Shown here piece after piece: positions 23,289 through 31,285 of a stretch of 32,000 nucleotides of DNA. The notes beneath the pieces were generated by a model. The model saw only the letters and a program-made list of their open reading frames with translations, was not told where the DNA came from and did no database searches. The stretch is from contig NZ_LWLG01000012.1 in assembly GCF_001652585.1 (NCBI RefSeq), positions 30,001-62,000 on the forward strand. Reading direction: 5' to 3'. Position numbers and translations under genes: made by a program. The stretch comes from Thermosulfurimonas dismutans (GTDB taxonomy: Bacteria; Desulfobacterota; Thermodesulfobacteria; Thermodesulfobacteriales; Thermodesulfobacteriaceae). The first letter of the stretch is position 1. Every line of letters begins with the position of its first letter.

Positions 23289-23816
23289 ATGAAAAAGTTA
23301 CTGCTTTTTTTTATTATTTTCAGCCTCAGCTTCGGCACCGCTCTGGCAGAAAATCTCAAGATAGGCGTGATTGATCTCCAGAAGGTAGTCAGGTCTTCCA
23401 AGGCCGGCCAGGAGGCCATGACTCAGCTCCAGGCCAAGTTTGAAAAATTAAAAAAGCAGCTGGAAGCCAAACAAAAAGAAATCGCAGCTTTCAAAGCCGA
23501 GTTTGAAAAAAAGGCCCCGCTTCTTTCCGAAGAGGCCCGGGCGGAAAAGCAACGGGAATACCAGAAAATGATTCGGGAATTCCGGGCCCAGCAGGAGGAT
23601 GCCCAGTATGAAATGAAGGAGGCGGAGAAGAAGGCCCTCCAGCCCATCTTTAAGGATCTTGAAAAAGTCATAAAGGAAATGGCCCAGAAGGAAGGCTACG
23701 ATCTCATTATCGAAAAGAACATGCCTGGAGTCTACTGGGTCTCCCCCGGGGTGGAGATCACCCAGCACGTGATCGAACTCTACGATCAGTATCGATCCTC
23801 TAAGGCTGAAAAATAG
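23289..23816 (+). CDS. skp: OmpH/Skp-family periplasmic chaperone
   Basis: The ORF is 175 aa with a signal peptide. It begins with the IGVIDLQKVV start typical of Skp, has a long K/E/Q-rich coiled region and ends with a ...GYDLIIEK... block. AAGGAGG lies upstream. Confidence 0.85.
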   Translation: MKKLLLFFIIFSLSFGTALAENLKIGVIDLQKVVRSSKAGQEAMTQLQAKFEKLKKQLEAKQKEIAAFKAEFEKKAPLLSEEARAEKQREYQKMIREFRAQQEDAQYEMKEAEKKALQPIFKDLEKVIKEMAQKEGYDLIIEKNMPGVYWVSPGVEITQHVIELYDQYRSSKAEK

Positions 23817-24755
23817 ATGCTCCTTTGCGGAGATCTAGGGGGCACACGGGCGAGGTTAGCCCTTTTTTCGGAAAGCGGGCCCCTTCGTCCTCAAAAATTG
23901 AAGATTTACCCTTCGAAAGATTTCCGAGGGGTAGGCCATCTCATCCGGATCTATCTTGAGGAAACCGGAGCTCGTCCTGAGGCCGCGGTCCTTTCCTTAG
24001 CCGGTCCGGTTCTGGGACAAGAAGTCCACCTCACCAATCTAGGCTGGCAAGTATCGGTTGCAAATCTCCGGCGGGCCTTCGGTTTCAAGAAGGTCTACCT
24101 TCTCAATGATCTCGAGGCTGCGGCCTATGGTATTCCCAAACTCAAGTCTCGGGATCTAGAAATTCTACAGCGTGGAAGGCCGCCTTTCGGTAAGGTTTCG
24201 GCCATCGTGGCCCCGGGAACCGGCCTGGGGGAGGCCATTCTGGTACGCACAAAAAAATTCATCCTGGCTTTGCCTACCGAAGGTGGCCACACGGAGTTTC
24301 CGGCCGATAACGAAGAGGAATGGCATATTTATCAAGAGTGTAAGCGCCGTTTCGGACACGCTAGTCTCGAGCGAATACTTTCCGGACCGGGATTAGCCCT
24401 GCTTCATGAGCTCTTTTCGGTAGGAGAAAAGAAGAGCCCCGAAGAGGTGGTTGATCTTGCACGAAAAGGGTATCCTCCGGCAGAAAAGGCCGTAAGAACA
24501 TTGGTGAGGATCCTTGGACGAGAGGCCGGAAACTTGGCCTTAAAGAGTCTGGCCTTAGGGGGGGTATATCTCGCCGGAGGACTATCGCCAACCCTCCTTC
24601 CATGGTTAAAAGAGGAGTTTCTTCCGGCTTTCTCGGACAAAGGACGACTCAGAGATCTTCTGCTCCGGATTCCGGTGAAGGTGGTACTTCATCCCTATCC
24701 GGCCCTTTTCGGAGCGGCCGAATTTTATCGTCATCCATCTCCCCTTCGAGGCTGA
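23817..24755 (+). CDS. glk: Glucokinase (Glk family)
   Basis: The ORF is 312 aa. It shows colinear similarity to E. coli Glk motifs: CGDLGGTRARLAL, LLNDLEAAAYG, APGTGLG, PTEGGHTEFPA, ERILSGPGL and YLAGGL. Confidence 0.88.
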   Translation: MLLCGDLGGTRARLALFSESGPLRPQKLKIYPSKDFRGVGHLIRIYLEETGARPEAAVLSLAGPVLGQEVHLTNLGWQVSVANLRRAFGFKKVYLLNDLEAAAYGIPKLKSRDLEILQRGRPPFGKVSAIVAPGTGLGEAILVRTKKFILALPTEGGHTEFPADNEEEWHIYQECKRRFGHASLERILSGPGLALLHELFSVGEKKSPEEVVDLARKGYPPAEKAVRTLVRILGREAGNLALKSLALGGVYLAGGLSPTLLPWLKEEFLPAFSDKGRLRDLLLRIPVKVVLHPYPALFGAAEFYRHPSPLRG

Positions 24756-25152
24756 TCTCTCTTTCGTCCGCCGAAAGGTATACGAAGTGGACCCGGAAAC
24801 GTGGAGGAGGGGCATCTTCAAGCCGTTCGGCCCACTCCACTACCATTACTCCCCGCGAAAGGAGATCCCAGAGGCCGAGATCTTCGACCTCTTCCGGTAA
24901 GAGCCGGTAAAGGTCCACATGGTAGAGGGGCACCCGCCCTTCATACTCGTTTATGAGAGCGAAGGAGGGACTGACTACATAGGTTTCCTCTGGGACACCG
25001 AGGCCCCGAGCCAGCCCTTTCACGAAAGTGGTTTTCCCGGTTCCAAGGTCACCGTAAAGGAGAACCAGATCTCCAGACACAAGCCTCCGCCCCAGGGCCT
25101 CTCCTAGGGCCTCGGTCTCCTCGGCGCTCTTAGTCCTATAAACCTTGCCCAT
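24649..25152 (-). CDS. tsaE: tRNA t6A37 biosynthesis ATPase TsaE
   Basis: The ORF is 167 aa. It has the P-loop LYGDLGTGKTTFVKG, then SPSFALINEY and HVDLYRL. A ~28-aa C-terminal tail is encoded antisense to the 3' end of glk. Confidence 0.88.
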   Translation of the reverse strand: MGKVYRTKSAEETEALGEALGRRLVSGDLVLLYGDLGTGKTTFVKGLARGLGVPEETYVVSPSFALINEYEGRVPLYHVDLYRLLPEEVEDLGLWDLLSRGVMVVEWAERLEDAPPPRFRVHFVYLSADEREISLEGEMDDDKIRPLRKGPDRDEVPPSPESGAEDL

Positions 25153-26704
25153 AGAAAGAAAGTGTCCTCAAGACGCGCGGAAGATTGCGGGCGACCTCGG
25201 AGGCCGTAAAGCCATAAGGCCCAAGGCGACGAGAAAGGTCATCCCCGGAGGCCCCGTGGAGATAGACCGCCAGGCAGGCGGCCTCAAAGGAATCATATCC
25301 CTGGGCCAGTAGAGCCCCGATCAATCCCGAAAGCACGTCTCCCATCCCGCCTTGGGCCATACCAGGATTTCCGGTAGCATTTACCGCCTCTCGACCATCC
25401 GGGGAAGCTACCACCGTGGCCGCGCCCTTGAGCACCACCACCGCCCCGGATGTCTCGGCCGCGGCTCTGGCCACCGCCAGCCGATCGGCCTGTATCTCAT
25501 CCTTGGGTTTTCCAAGGAGTCTGGCCATCTCTCCGGGATGAGGTGTGATAATCCTCAGCCCCCGGGACTCTTTGAGAAGTTCGAGGTCCCCGGCAAGGGC
25601 CGTAAGGGCATCGGCATCAAGCACGGTAGGCACTGGAAGCTCCATCGCTAGTCTCCGAGAAAGGGCCTTAGCTTCTTCAGAAAGCCCGAAACCAGGCCCA
25701 AGGACCACCGCCTTCATGCGAGAGGCAAGCTCAAGGATACTTTCTGCGGCCTCAGGAGTGAGTTCTGCCTCTAGAGTTTCGGGTTCAAGCCCCGCAGTGA
25801 GGATCTCGGGGACATATCCGGCAAAGAGATCCTGGAGGCTTCTGGCCGAGGCCAGGGTAACCAAACCGGCCCCTCCACAGAGGGCCCCCAGGGCCGCAAG
25901 CACCGCGGCCCCGGTTTTTCCCCGGGAGCCAGCTAGAATAAGCACATGTCCATAAGTGCCTTTGTGGGTATCTGGAGACCGAACCTTGAGAACTGAAGCC
26001 GCCCAGGTCCGATCCAAGTATTCCCGTAGAGGGGCCTTTTCCTCAATTACTCTCCGCGGCATACCGATATCCACTACCCGAAGTTCGCCCACATAGGTTT
26101 TTCCGGGGTAGATCACCTGCCCCACTTTGGGAAGAGCCATAGTGGCCGTAAGGGTAGCCCGAATAGCCACTCCCAGAGGCCTCCCGGTATCCGCTGAAAG
26201 TCCGGAGGGCATGTCCACCGCCACCACCGGGAGCCCGCTTCCGTTGATTAGTTTTACCGCCAGGGCAAAACGCCCGGAAAGCTCTCTCGAAAGCCCCGTC
26301 CCGAAAAGGGCGTCCACGATAAGACCGGCAGAACGAATCTCCGCAAAAAGCTCTTTTACCGCCTCCTCGGTTAAGGCCCAAATCATAGGGACACCCGCAT
26401 AGCGGGCCACCCGAAGGTTTATCCCGGCCTCTCCTCGATATTTCTCCTCCGGGGCCATAAGCACCGCCTTCACCGGTAGCGCATGCTGATGGAGATGCCG
26501 GGCCACCACCAGGCCATCTCCCCCGTTGTTCCCGGGACCGCAGAAGATAAGAGTTCCGCGGTAGGCCTCCTCACGAAATCTTTCCAAAATAAGTTCGGCC
26601 ACCCCCCGACCGGCATTCTCCATGAGGACTTCGGCCGGGACACCTACCTCCTCGATAGTGTAACGATCCAAGGTCTGCATCTCGGCGGCATAAACCAGAC
26701 GCAT
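25136..26704 (-). CDS. nnr: Bifunctional NAD(P)H-hydrate repair enzyme (epimerase + ADP-dependent dehydratase)
   Basis: The ORF is 522 aa. The YjeF_N part shows CGPGNNGGDG. The carbohydrate-kinase-like C-terminal part shows HKGTYGHVLILAGS and GGMGDVLSG. Confidence 0.9.
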   Translation of the reverse strand: MRLVYAAEMQTLDRYTIEEVGVPAEVLMENAGRGVAELILERFREEAYRGTLIFCGPGNNGGDGLVVARHLHQHALPVKAVLMAPEEKYRGEAGINLRVARYAGVPMIWALTEEAVKELFAEIRSAGLIVDALFGTGLSRELSGRFALAVKLINGSGLPVVAVDMPSGLSADTGRPLGVAIRATLTATMALPKVGQVIYPGKTYVGELRVVDIGMPRRVIEEKAPLREYLDRTWAASVLKVRSPDTHKGTYGHVLILAGSRGKTGAAVLAALGALCGGAGLVTLASARSLQDLFAGYVPEILTAGLEPETLEAELTPEAAESILELASRMKAVVLGPGFGLSEEAKALSRRLAMELPVPTVLDADALTALAGDLELLKESRGLRIITPHPGEMARLLGKPKDEIQADRLAVARAAAETSGAVVVLKGAATVVASPDGREAVNATGNPGMAQGGMGDVLSGLIGALLAQGYDSFEAACLAVYLHGASGDDLSRRLGPYGFTASEVARNLPRVLRTLSFYGQGL

Positions 26705-26705
26705 C

Positions 26706-27086
26706 TCAAACCTCCCTTTCCAAGACCACTACGGCGACCGCCAATCCAGCTTCATGGGTCACCGAGACCCAGATACGGTTGGCCTTTTTCCGAAAAAGGG
26801 CCTCGGCCCGACCATAAAGACGAACCTCTGGCCTGCCGGAAACCGGATCCCTCACAAGACTTACCTCTTTGAACCGAAATCCAGAGATTCCAGTTCCCAA
26901 GGCCTTACCGAAGGCCTCCTTCACCGCAAAGGCCGCGGCCAGCGAGCTGTCGGGAGGATTCTTTTTAAGGGCGTAGGCCACTTCTTCCTCCGTAAAAATT
27001 CGACCGAGAAACCTCTCTCCATAAAGCTCCCGTAGCTTCCTGATCCGGCCTTCCTCTACCAAATCGACACCTAACCCGCAAAGCAT
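26706..27086 (-). CDS. acpS: Holo-[acyl-carrier-protein] synthase
   Basis: The ORF is 126 aa. Motifs are GLGVDLVEEGRI, FAVKEAFGKALGTG and SVTHEAGLAVA. Confidence 0.9.
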   Translation of the reverse strand: MLCGLGVDLVEEGRIRKLRELYGERFLGRIFTEEEVAYALKKNPPDSSLAAAFAVKEAFGKALGTGISGFRFKEVSLVRDPVSGRPEVRLYGRAEALFRKKANRIWVSVTHEAGLAVAVVVLEREV

Positions 27087-27113
27087 GTTTCAGTAATTAT
27101 ACCAAAACTCGAC

Positions 27114-27142
27114 TTGACTTTTAGTGCTATTTTTACTAAAAA
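27114..27142 (+). promoter_or_regulatory. Candidate promoter (TTGACT-N17-TAAAAA) overlapped by a 7-bp inverted repeat TTTTAGT-N9-ACTAAAA
   Basis: TTGACT lies at 27114-27119 and TAAAAA at 27137-27142. The inverted repeat spans 27119-27125 and 27135-27141. The site is 34 nt upstream of the ATG at 27176, and AAAGGGGG is the RBS. Confidence 0.3.
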
Positions 27143-27175
27143 AATAACACGCAAACAAAATTAAAGGGGGCAAAA

Positions 27176-28012
27176 ATGAAGAGAGCACTCTGGTTGCTAC
27201 TGACGGCGATTATTCTTCCTAGCTTGGCTTGGGCCCATTTTTTGATTGCTATTCCGGAAAAGGGCCAAGGATACGGTCTACGGGGGCAAGAACTCGCTTT
27301 CATGATCCTGTTTGGCCATCCCTTTGAAGGCATCCTCTACGACCTCAAGGCCCCTAAGGGTTACGTCGTTACTCCTAAAAACAAGAAAGACAAAGTCTCC
27401 CTGGCCCGAATCACCGTCAAGGACTACGCTTCCGGGAAGAAACGTTTTGGATATCGGATAACCTATCTTCCTACCGAGCGGGGGGACTATCTCCTGTGTC
27501 TTGAAGGCCGACCCTATCTAAATGAAGAAGAGGGGGAGGTTTGGAAAGATCACATGAAAACCCCCTTCCATGTACAGGTAGAACGAGGATGGGCGAATCT
27601 CTGTGGCTTTGGACTCGAGATTGTCCCGCTCACTCGCCCCTACGGTCTCACTGTAGGCCGGGTCTTCAAGGGTAGGGTCCTTTTGAACGGCAAACCGGCG
27701 GCCGGCATCACCCTTGAGATCGAAAAATTCAATGGTTTTTACGTCCCAGAAGAGAAACTCCCGCTCGATGCCTATGGCCGAGTTAACGATCCCCTCATCA
27801 CCCTAACCGTTACGACCGACGAGCAAGGCTATTTCACGATCGGATTCAGTGAGCCTGGCTGGTGGGCCATCAACGCCGCCATTTCCGGAGGGAAAATCAC
27901 CTACGCCAATCGCACTTTTCCTCTGGTGATCCGTTCCGGTATGTGGCTCTATGTCTTTCCAGCGAAACCAGTAGCTCCCACCGGTTTTGATCTACGTCCG
28001 GAGGAGAGATAA
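27176..28012 (+). CDS. DUF4198 / NikK-like periplasmic component of a Nik/Cbi ECF metal transporter
   Basis: The ORF is 278 aa with signal peptide ...ILPSLAWA, followed directly by HF. It is beta-rich, including a transthyretin/CarboxypepD_reg-like segment (GRVLLNGKPAAGITLEIE...TDEQGYFTIGF). It is translationally coupled to the CbiM homolog (ATAATG at 28009-28014). Confidence 0.65.
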   Translation: MKRALWLLLTAIILPSLAWAHFLIAIPEKGQGYGLRGQELAFMILFGHPFEGILYDLKAPKGYVVTPKNKKDKVSLARITVKDYASGKKRFGYRITYLPTERGDYLLCLEGRPYLNEEEGEVWKDHMKTPFHVQVERGWANLCGFGLEIVPLTRPYGLTVGRVFKGRVLLNGKPAAGITLEIEKFNGFYVPEEKLPLDAYGRVNDPLITLTVTTDEQGYFTIGFSEPGWWAINAAISGGKITYANRTFPLVIRSGMWLYVFPAKPVAPTGFDLRPEER

Positions 28013-29064
28013 TGCATATCGCCGATGGGGTCCTTCCGGCCTGGATTTCGGGTGTAGGGTGGGTGGTGACCGCTGGGGGAGTGGTTCTTTCTCTGCGCAG
28101 ACTACCGGTGGAAGAAGTCCCCAAGATCAGCCTGGTGACCGCGGCCATCTTCCTAGCAAGCCTTATCCACGTCCCTCTAGGCCCTACCAGCGTCCATCTC
28201 ATACTGAATGGGCTGGGCGGTCTCCTACTCGGGCCGCTGGCCTTCCTCTCCTTTTTTATAGCCCTCGCCCTCCAGGCCCTTCTCTTCCAGTTCGGAGGAC
28301 TCTTTTCCCTAGGAATCAACACCTTGGTGATGGGAGGACCGGCTTTCATGGTGGGTCTCCTGACTTATAAAGGTGGCTTCCACCGAAATACGATCCTTTC
28401 GGGTGTGCTTTGCGGAGGAGCGGTTCTTCTTTCCGGTCTTTTACTGGCTCTGACTCTCTCGCTTGCCGGAGAGAACTTTCTGGGAGTAGCCCGTTTGGCC
28501 CTGGTAGCCCATTTGCCGGTGGCCGTATTAGAAGGGCTCATCGGGGCTCTCACCTTAAAGACTCTGAAGGCCCTGAAACCCTCTCTCTTTCCTGCGTGTT
28601 TGATCCTCATCCTTATACCAAGCCTATCTTCAGCCCATCGTCTGGACCTGGATCTCTTCCCGGAAAAAACCACCATTCGAGTGGAAGCCTTTTTTCCGGA
28701 CGGCACTCCGGCTGTAGGAGATCGAGTAGAAATGTCCTATCAGGGTAAGGTCATCGCCACCTGCACCACAGATTCCGAAGGGGTGTGTACCCTACCTCGG
28801 CCTAACTATCCCGAGGTAAAGATCGTACTTTCCGGTAAACTGGGCCACCGGGTGGAAAGGACCCTCAAACTAGCAACCAATACCTTTCCGGCCCAAGAAA
28901 CCCGTGAGTCCTCTCAAGGTCCTTCTAAGGTCAAGATTCACAAAGAAAAATTCCCGACCACCGAAGTTCTGGCTGGCTTGGGATTTATCTTTGGCCTTTC
29001 AGGGTTTATAGTCGCCTGGGACACCCGACGGAGGTTTAAGGCCCTTGCATCTTCCGGAAATTGA
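28012..29064 (+). CDS. cbiM: CbiM/NikM substrate-capture (S) component fused to a NikL-like C-terminal module
   Basis: The ORF is 350 aa. It has the diagnostic N-terminus MHIADGVL and about 6 TM helices. An extra hydrophobic segment ending ...PSLSSA is followed by H, then a beta-rich domain (TIRVEAFFPDGTPAVGDRVEM...TDSEGVCTLP), and finally a TM anchor (VLAGLGFIFGLSGFIVAW). Confidence 0.8.
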   Translation: MHIADGVLPAWISGVGWVVTAGGVVLSLRRLPVEEVPKISLVTAAIFLASLIHVPLGPTSVHLILNGLGGLLLGPLAFLSFFIALALQALLFQFGGLFSLGINTLVMGGPAFMVGLLTYKGGFHRNTILSGVLCGGAVLLSGLLLALTLSLAGENFLGVARLALVAHLPVAVLEGLIGALTLKTLKALKPSLFPACLILILIPSLSSAHRLDLDLFPEKTTIRVEAFFPDGTPAVGDRVEMSYQGKVIATCTTDSEGVCTLPRPNYPEVKIVLSGKLGHRVERTLKLATNTFPAQETRESSQGPSKVKIHKEKFPTTEVLAGLGFIFGLSGFIVAWDTRRRFKALASSGN

Positions 29065-29788
29065 TCGCTATAGCCGAAAAGACGGTCCTCTAAACCGCGT
29101 TGATCCTCGGATAAAACTGCTATCTCTGGGCCTAATCCTTCTAGCCGTCAATCTTACCTGGCACCTGAAAGTCGCGGGACTCTTTCTAGGAGTCTCCATC
29201 GTAATGCTTTCGGTATCTGGCTTGCCTCTAAACTTTGTCCTCTGGCACCTTAGGGCGCCGGCGGCCATCGCCCTCCTTATCGGAGGGCTACTTTCGATCT
29301 CCAGCCCGGGAAAAACTTTTGGCTCTCCAACCCCAGAAAGCCTCGCTCTAGGGCTTACCGTGATCCTCAAAGTACTCTCTTCTTTTATCTTTTTCCTGAG
29401 TTTAGTGGGCACCTCGCCTCTGTTTAAAACCCTTCGAGCCGCAAGATCCCTAGGGGTTCCCGAAAAACTCTTGGCCCTCTTTATCTTTACCTATCGTTAT
29501 GTTTTTGTCCTTCTCGATGATTTCGGGACCCTTAAGCTGGCTATGATAGCCCGAGGATTTCGAGAAAAAACCAACTTCCATACTTACCGGCTCAAGGCCC
29601 GACTTTACGCCTTGCTCCTCTGGCGAGCCTATGAGGAAACCGAAAAGGTACTCTTGGCCATGTATGCTCGGGGCCTTTCTTCCCTCACGGTCCAAGGGTT
29701 ATCCCCTATCGGGAAAGATGAAATTTTTACGGGGATACCCCTCCTAGGGATTTCTCTCCTCCTTCTTGGATTCTCCATCTTCTGGTAA
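29045..29788 (+). CDS. cbiQ: ECF transporter transmembrane (T) component CbiQ/NikQ
   Basis: The ORF is 247 aa. It begins at a TTG (29045) overlapping the upstream gene by 20 nt, and no in-frame ATG is nearby. The N-terminus is IDRYSRKDGPLNRVDPRIKL, and the coupling-helix region is LAMIARGF. Confidence 0.8.
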   Translation: MHLPEIDRYSRKDGPLNRVDPRIKLLSLGLILLAVNLTWHLKVAGLFLGVSIVMLSVSGLPLNFVLWHLRAPAAIALLIGGLLSISSPGKTFGSPTPESLALGLTVILKVLSSFIFFLSLVGTSPLFKTLRAARSLGVPEKLLALFIFTYRYVFVLLDDFGTLKLAMIARGFREKTNFHTYRLKARLYALLLWRAYEETEKVLLAMYARGLSSLTVQGLSPIGKDEIFTGIPLLGISLLLLGFSIFW

Positions 29789-29819
29789 AATAAGAGCAAT
29801 TTCCAAAAAGGAGGTTCTC

Positions 29820-30068
29820 ATGCCTCTTAGGGCTTATATTCTCATCAACACGCAGATTGGAAAGACAGCGGAGGTTGCCCAAACCCTTTCTGAAATGCCG
29901 GAAGTAATAAAACTCGACGTTATTATGGGCCCTTACGACATCATCGCCCAGGTCGAAACTCTAGATCACGATACCCTTTCGGAAGTGGTTTTAAGGAAAT
30001 TACAGAACATCCCCTACATCCAGCACACCATGACCTGCCCAGTAGTCAAACTAGAGGAAGGGCACTAA
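29820..30068 (+). CDS. Stand-alone Lrp/AsnC ligand-binding (RAM) domain protein
   Basis: I moved the start to the ATG at 29820, which has AAGGAGG 5 nt upstream. The 82-aa product begins MPLRAYILINTQIGKTAEVAQTLSEMPEVIKLDVIMGPYDIIAQVE. It has no HTH domain. Confidence 0.7.
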   Translation: MPLRAYILINTQIGKTAEVAQTLSEMPEVIKLDVIMGPYDIIAQVETLDHDTLSEVVLRKLQNIPYIQHTMTCPVVKLEEGH

Positions 30069-31285
30069 AGAAATCGTCGCAGGATCTCAGCGTAGCGTCT
30101 GGAAGCTCCACGTAGTTTCTCGGCCGAAAGCAAAGCCTTCCGGCCTATTTCGGAAGCCTTTGTAGGTTCTAAAAGCCACGATCTAAGGACAGTAGTTGCT
30201 TCTGCCGGATCTTTAGCCTGATGAGCTCCTTGTCCCAGAAGAAGCGCCCTGGCTTCAGGGCGAAAATTTTCCATGTGAGGACCAAAAAGTATTGGTTTAC
30301 CGAAAACCGCTGGTTCCACCGGGTTTTGCCCCCCTTTTTCAACGAAACTACCACCTATGACCGCCACCTCGGAGAGGGCGTAAAGTCCGAAAAGCGGTCC
30401 CACCTCATCCACGATCACGATCCGAAAACCGGAAAGCCCATTTGCTCCTCGGAAAAAACTTACGGAAAGTCCCAGAGGAGCCAAAGTTTTGAAAAAACTC
30501 TCGGCCCTTTCCGGATGCCGGGGAACCACTACGAATCGGATGTCTGGGAGATCCTTGAGGGCCGAGATCATTTGCCGAACAATTTTCTCCTCTCCGCCCC
30601 TCACGCTTCCAAAAACCACCAGCTTCTCACCGCCAACCAAACCGAGCCTTTCCCTGAGATCAGAAGGATCCAAACTTTTGGCCCTCTCAAAGAGGAGATC
30701 ATGTTTGGCGTTCCCGAAAACTTCCACCCTCTGCGGAGGCGCTCCCAGAGCCAAAAATCTCTCCCGGTCCTCCGAGGAGATGGTCCCGATGAAGTTCACT
30801 CCTTCGAGAAGAGAGACCAAAAGAGGTTTGATCAGCCGATACCGCCGAAAGGCCTTCTCAGAGATTCTTCCATTGAGGATCAAGACCTTGGTGCCACGGG
30901 CAAAGGCCTCCTTTATAAGGTTTGGCCAGAGCTCGGTTTCAATCAGGACAAGAACCTTAGGCCTCAAGACTTCGAGGAAGGCGGCCACCGTCCGAGGGCC
31001 ATCCCAGGGAGCAAGCTCTATCCTCATCCCCGACATATTTCCGAGGAGGCTTTTTGCTCGCTTGAGACCGGTTTGGGTCTGAAGGCTAAGAAAAATCGGA
31101 ATGTCCGGGTGTTTAGCCTTTAAAGCCTTGAGAATAGCCCCGGCTACCTGGACCTCCCCCACGGAGGCCGCATGCATCCAGAGGGCCACCGGCGGAGATG
31201 AGTTCGGCCTACGGAACCGCTCTGGGAATCGATGAGCCAGGCCCTTCTCCAAAAAGAAACTCAAGAAACGATAGAACTTATACAC
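30065..31285 (-). CDS. waaA: 3-deoxy-D-manno-octulosonic acid (Kdo) transferase
   Basis: The ORF is 406 aa. The N-terminal signature is LWMHAASVGEV. The layout is GT-B-like, with VVPRHPER and GGSF..KGGQNPVEP. Confidence 0.88.
   Translation of the reverse strand: MYKFYRFLSFFLEKGLAHRFPERFRRPNSSPPVALWMHAASVGEVQVAGAILKALKAKHPDIPIFLSLQTQTGLKRAKSLLGNMSGMRIELAPWDGPRTVAAFLEVLRPKVLVLIETELWPNLIKEAFARGTKVLILNGRISEKAFRRYRLIKPLLVSLLEGVNFIGTISSEDRERFLALGAPPQRVEVFGNAKHDLLFERAKSLDPSDLRERLGLVGGEKLVVFGSVRGGEEKIVRQMISALKDLPDIRFVVVPRHPERAESFFKTLAPLGLSVSFFRGANGLSGFRIVIVDEVGPLFGLYALSEVAVIGGSFVEKGGQNPVEPAVFGKPILFGPHMENFRPEARALLLGQGAHQAKDPAEATTVLRSWLLEPTKASEIGRKALLSAEKLRGASRRYAEILRRFL

Noticed and set aside
25352-26872. 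ORFs nested in nnr/acpS: antisense plus-strand 25352..25651, 25545..25955, 26127..26402 and 26483..26872, and the off-frame minus-strand 26043..26381
   Set aside because: They are nested in strongly supported genes (Nnr, AcpS). Their products are Arg/Ser/Pro/Gly-rich and have no RBS.
27087-27175. Cobalamin riboswitch or NikR operator upstream of the Cbi/Nik cluster
   Set aside because: The intergenic region is only 89 bp and has no B12-box-like GCCACTG core, so it is too short for a ~200-nt cobalamin riboswitch. No GTATGA-N16-TCATAC-type NikR dyad is present.
27897-28706. ORFs 27897..28349 (-), 27987..28370 (+), 28365..28706 (-) and 28410..28748 (+) across the nikK/cbiM region
   Set aside because: All are off-frame or antisense shadows of the CbiM-homolog gene. 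They are R/P/S/G-rich and lack the hydrophobic periodicity seen in the assigned frame.
30169-31123. Long plus-strand ORFs (300 aa and 197 aa) and a 61-aa minus-strand ORF within waaA
   Set aside because: They are antisense or off-frame to a gene with clear Kdo-transferase motifs. Their products are low-complexity (S/R/K/P-rich) with no recognisable domains.
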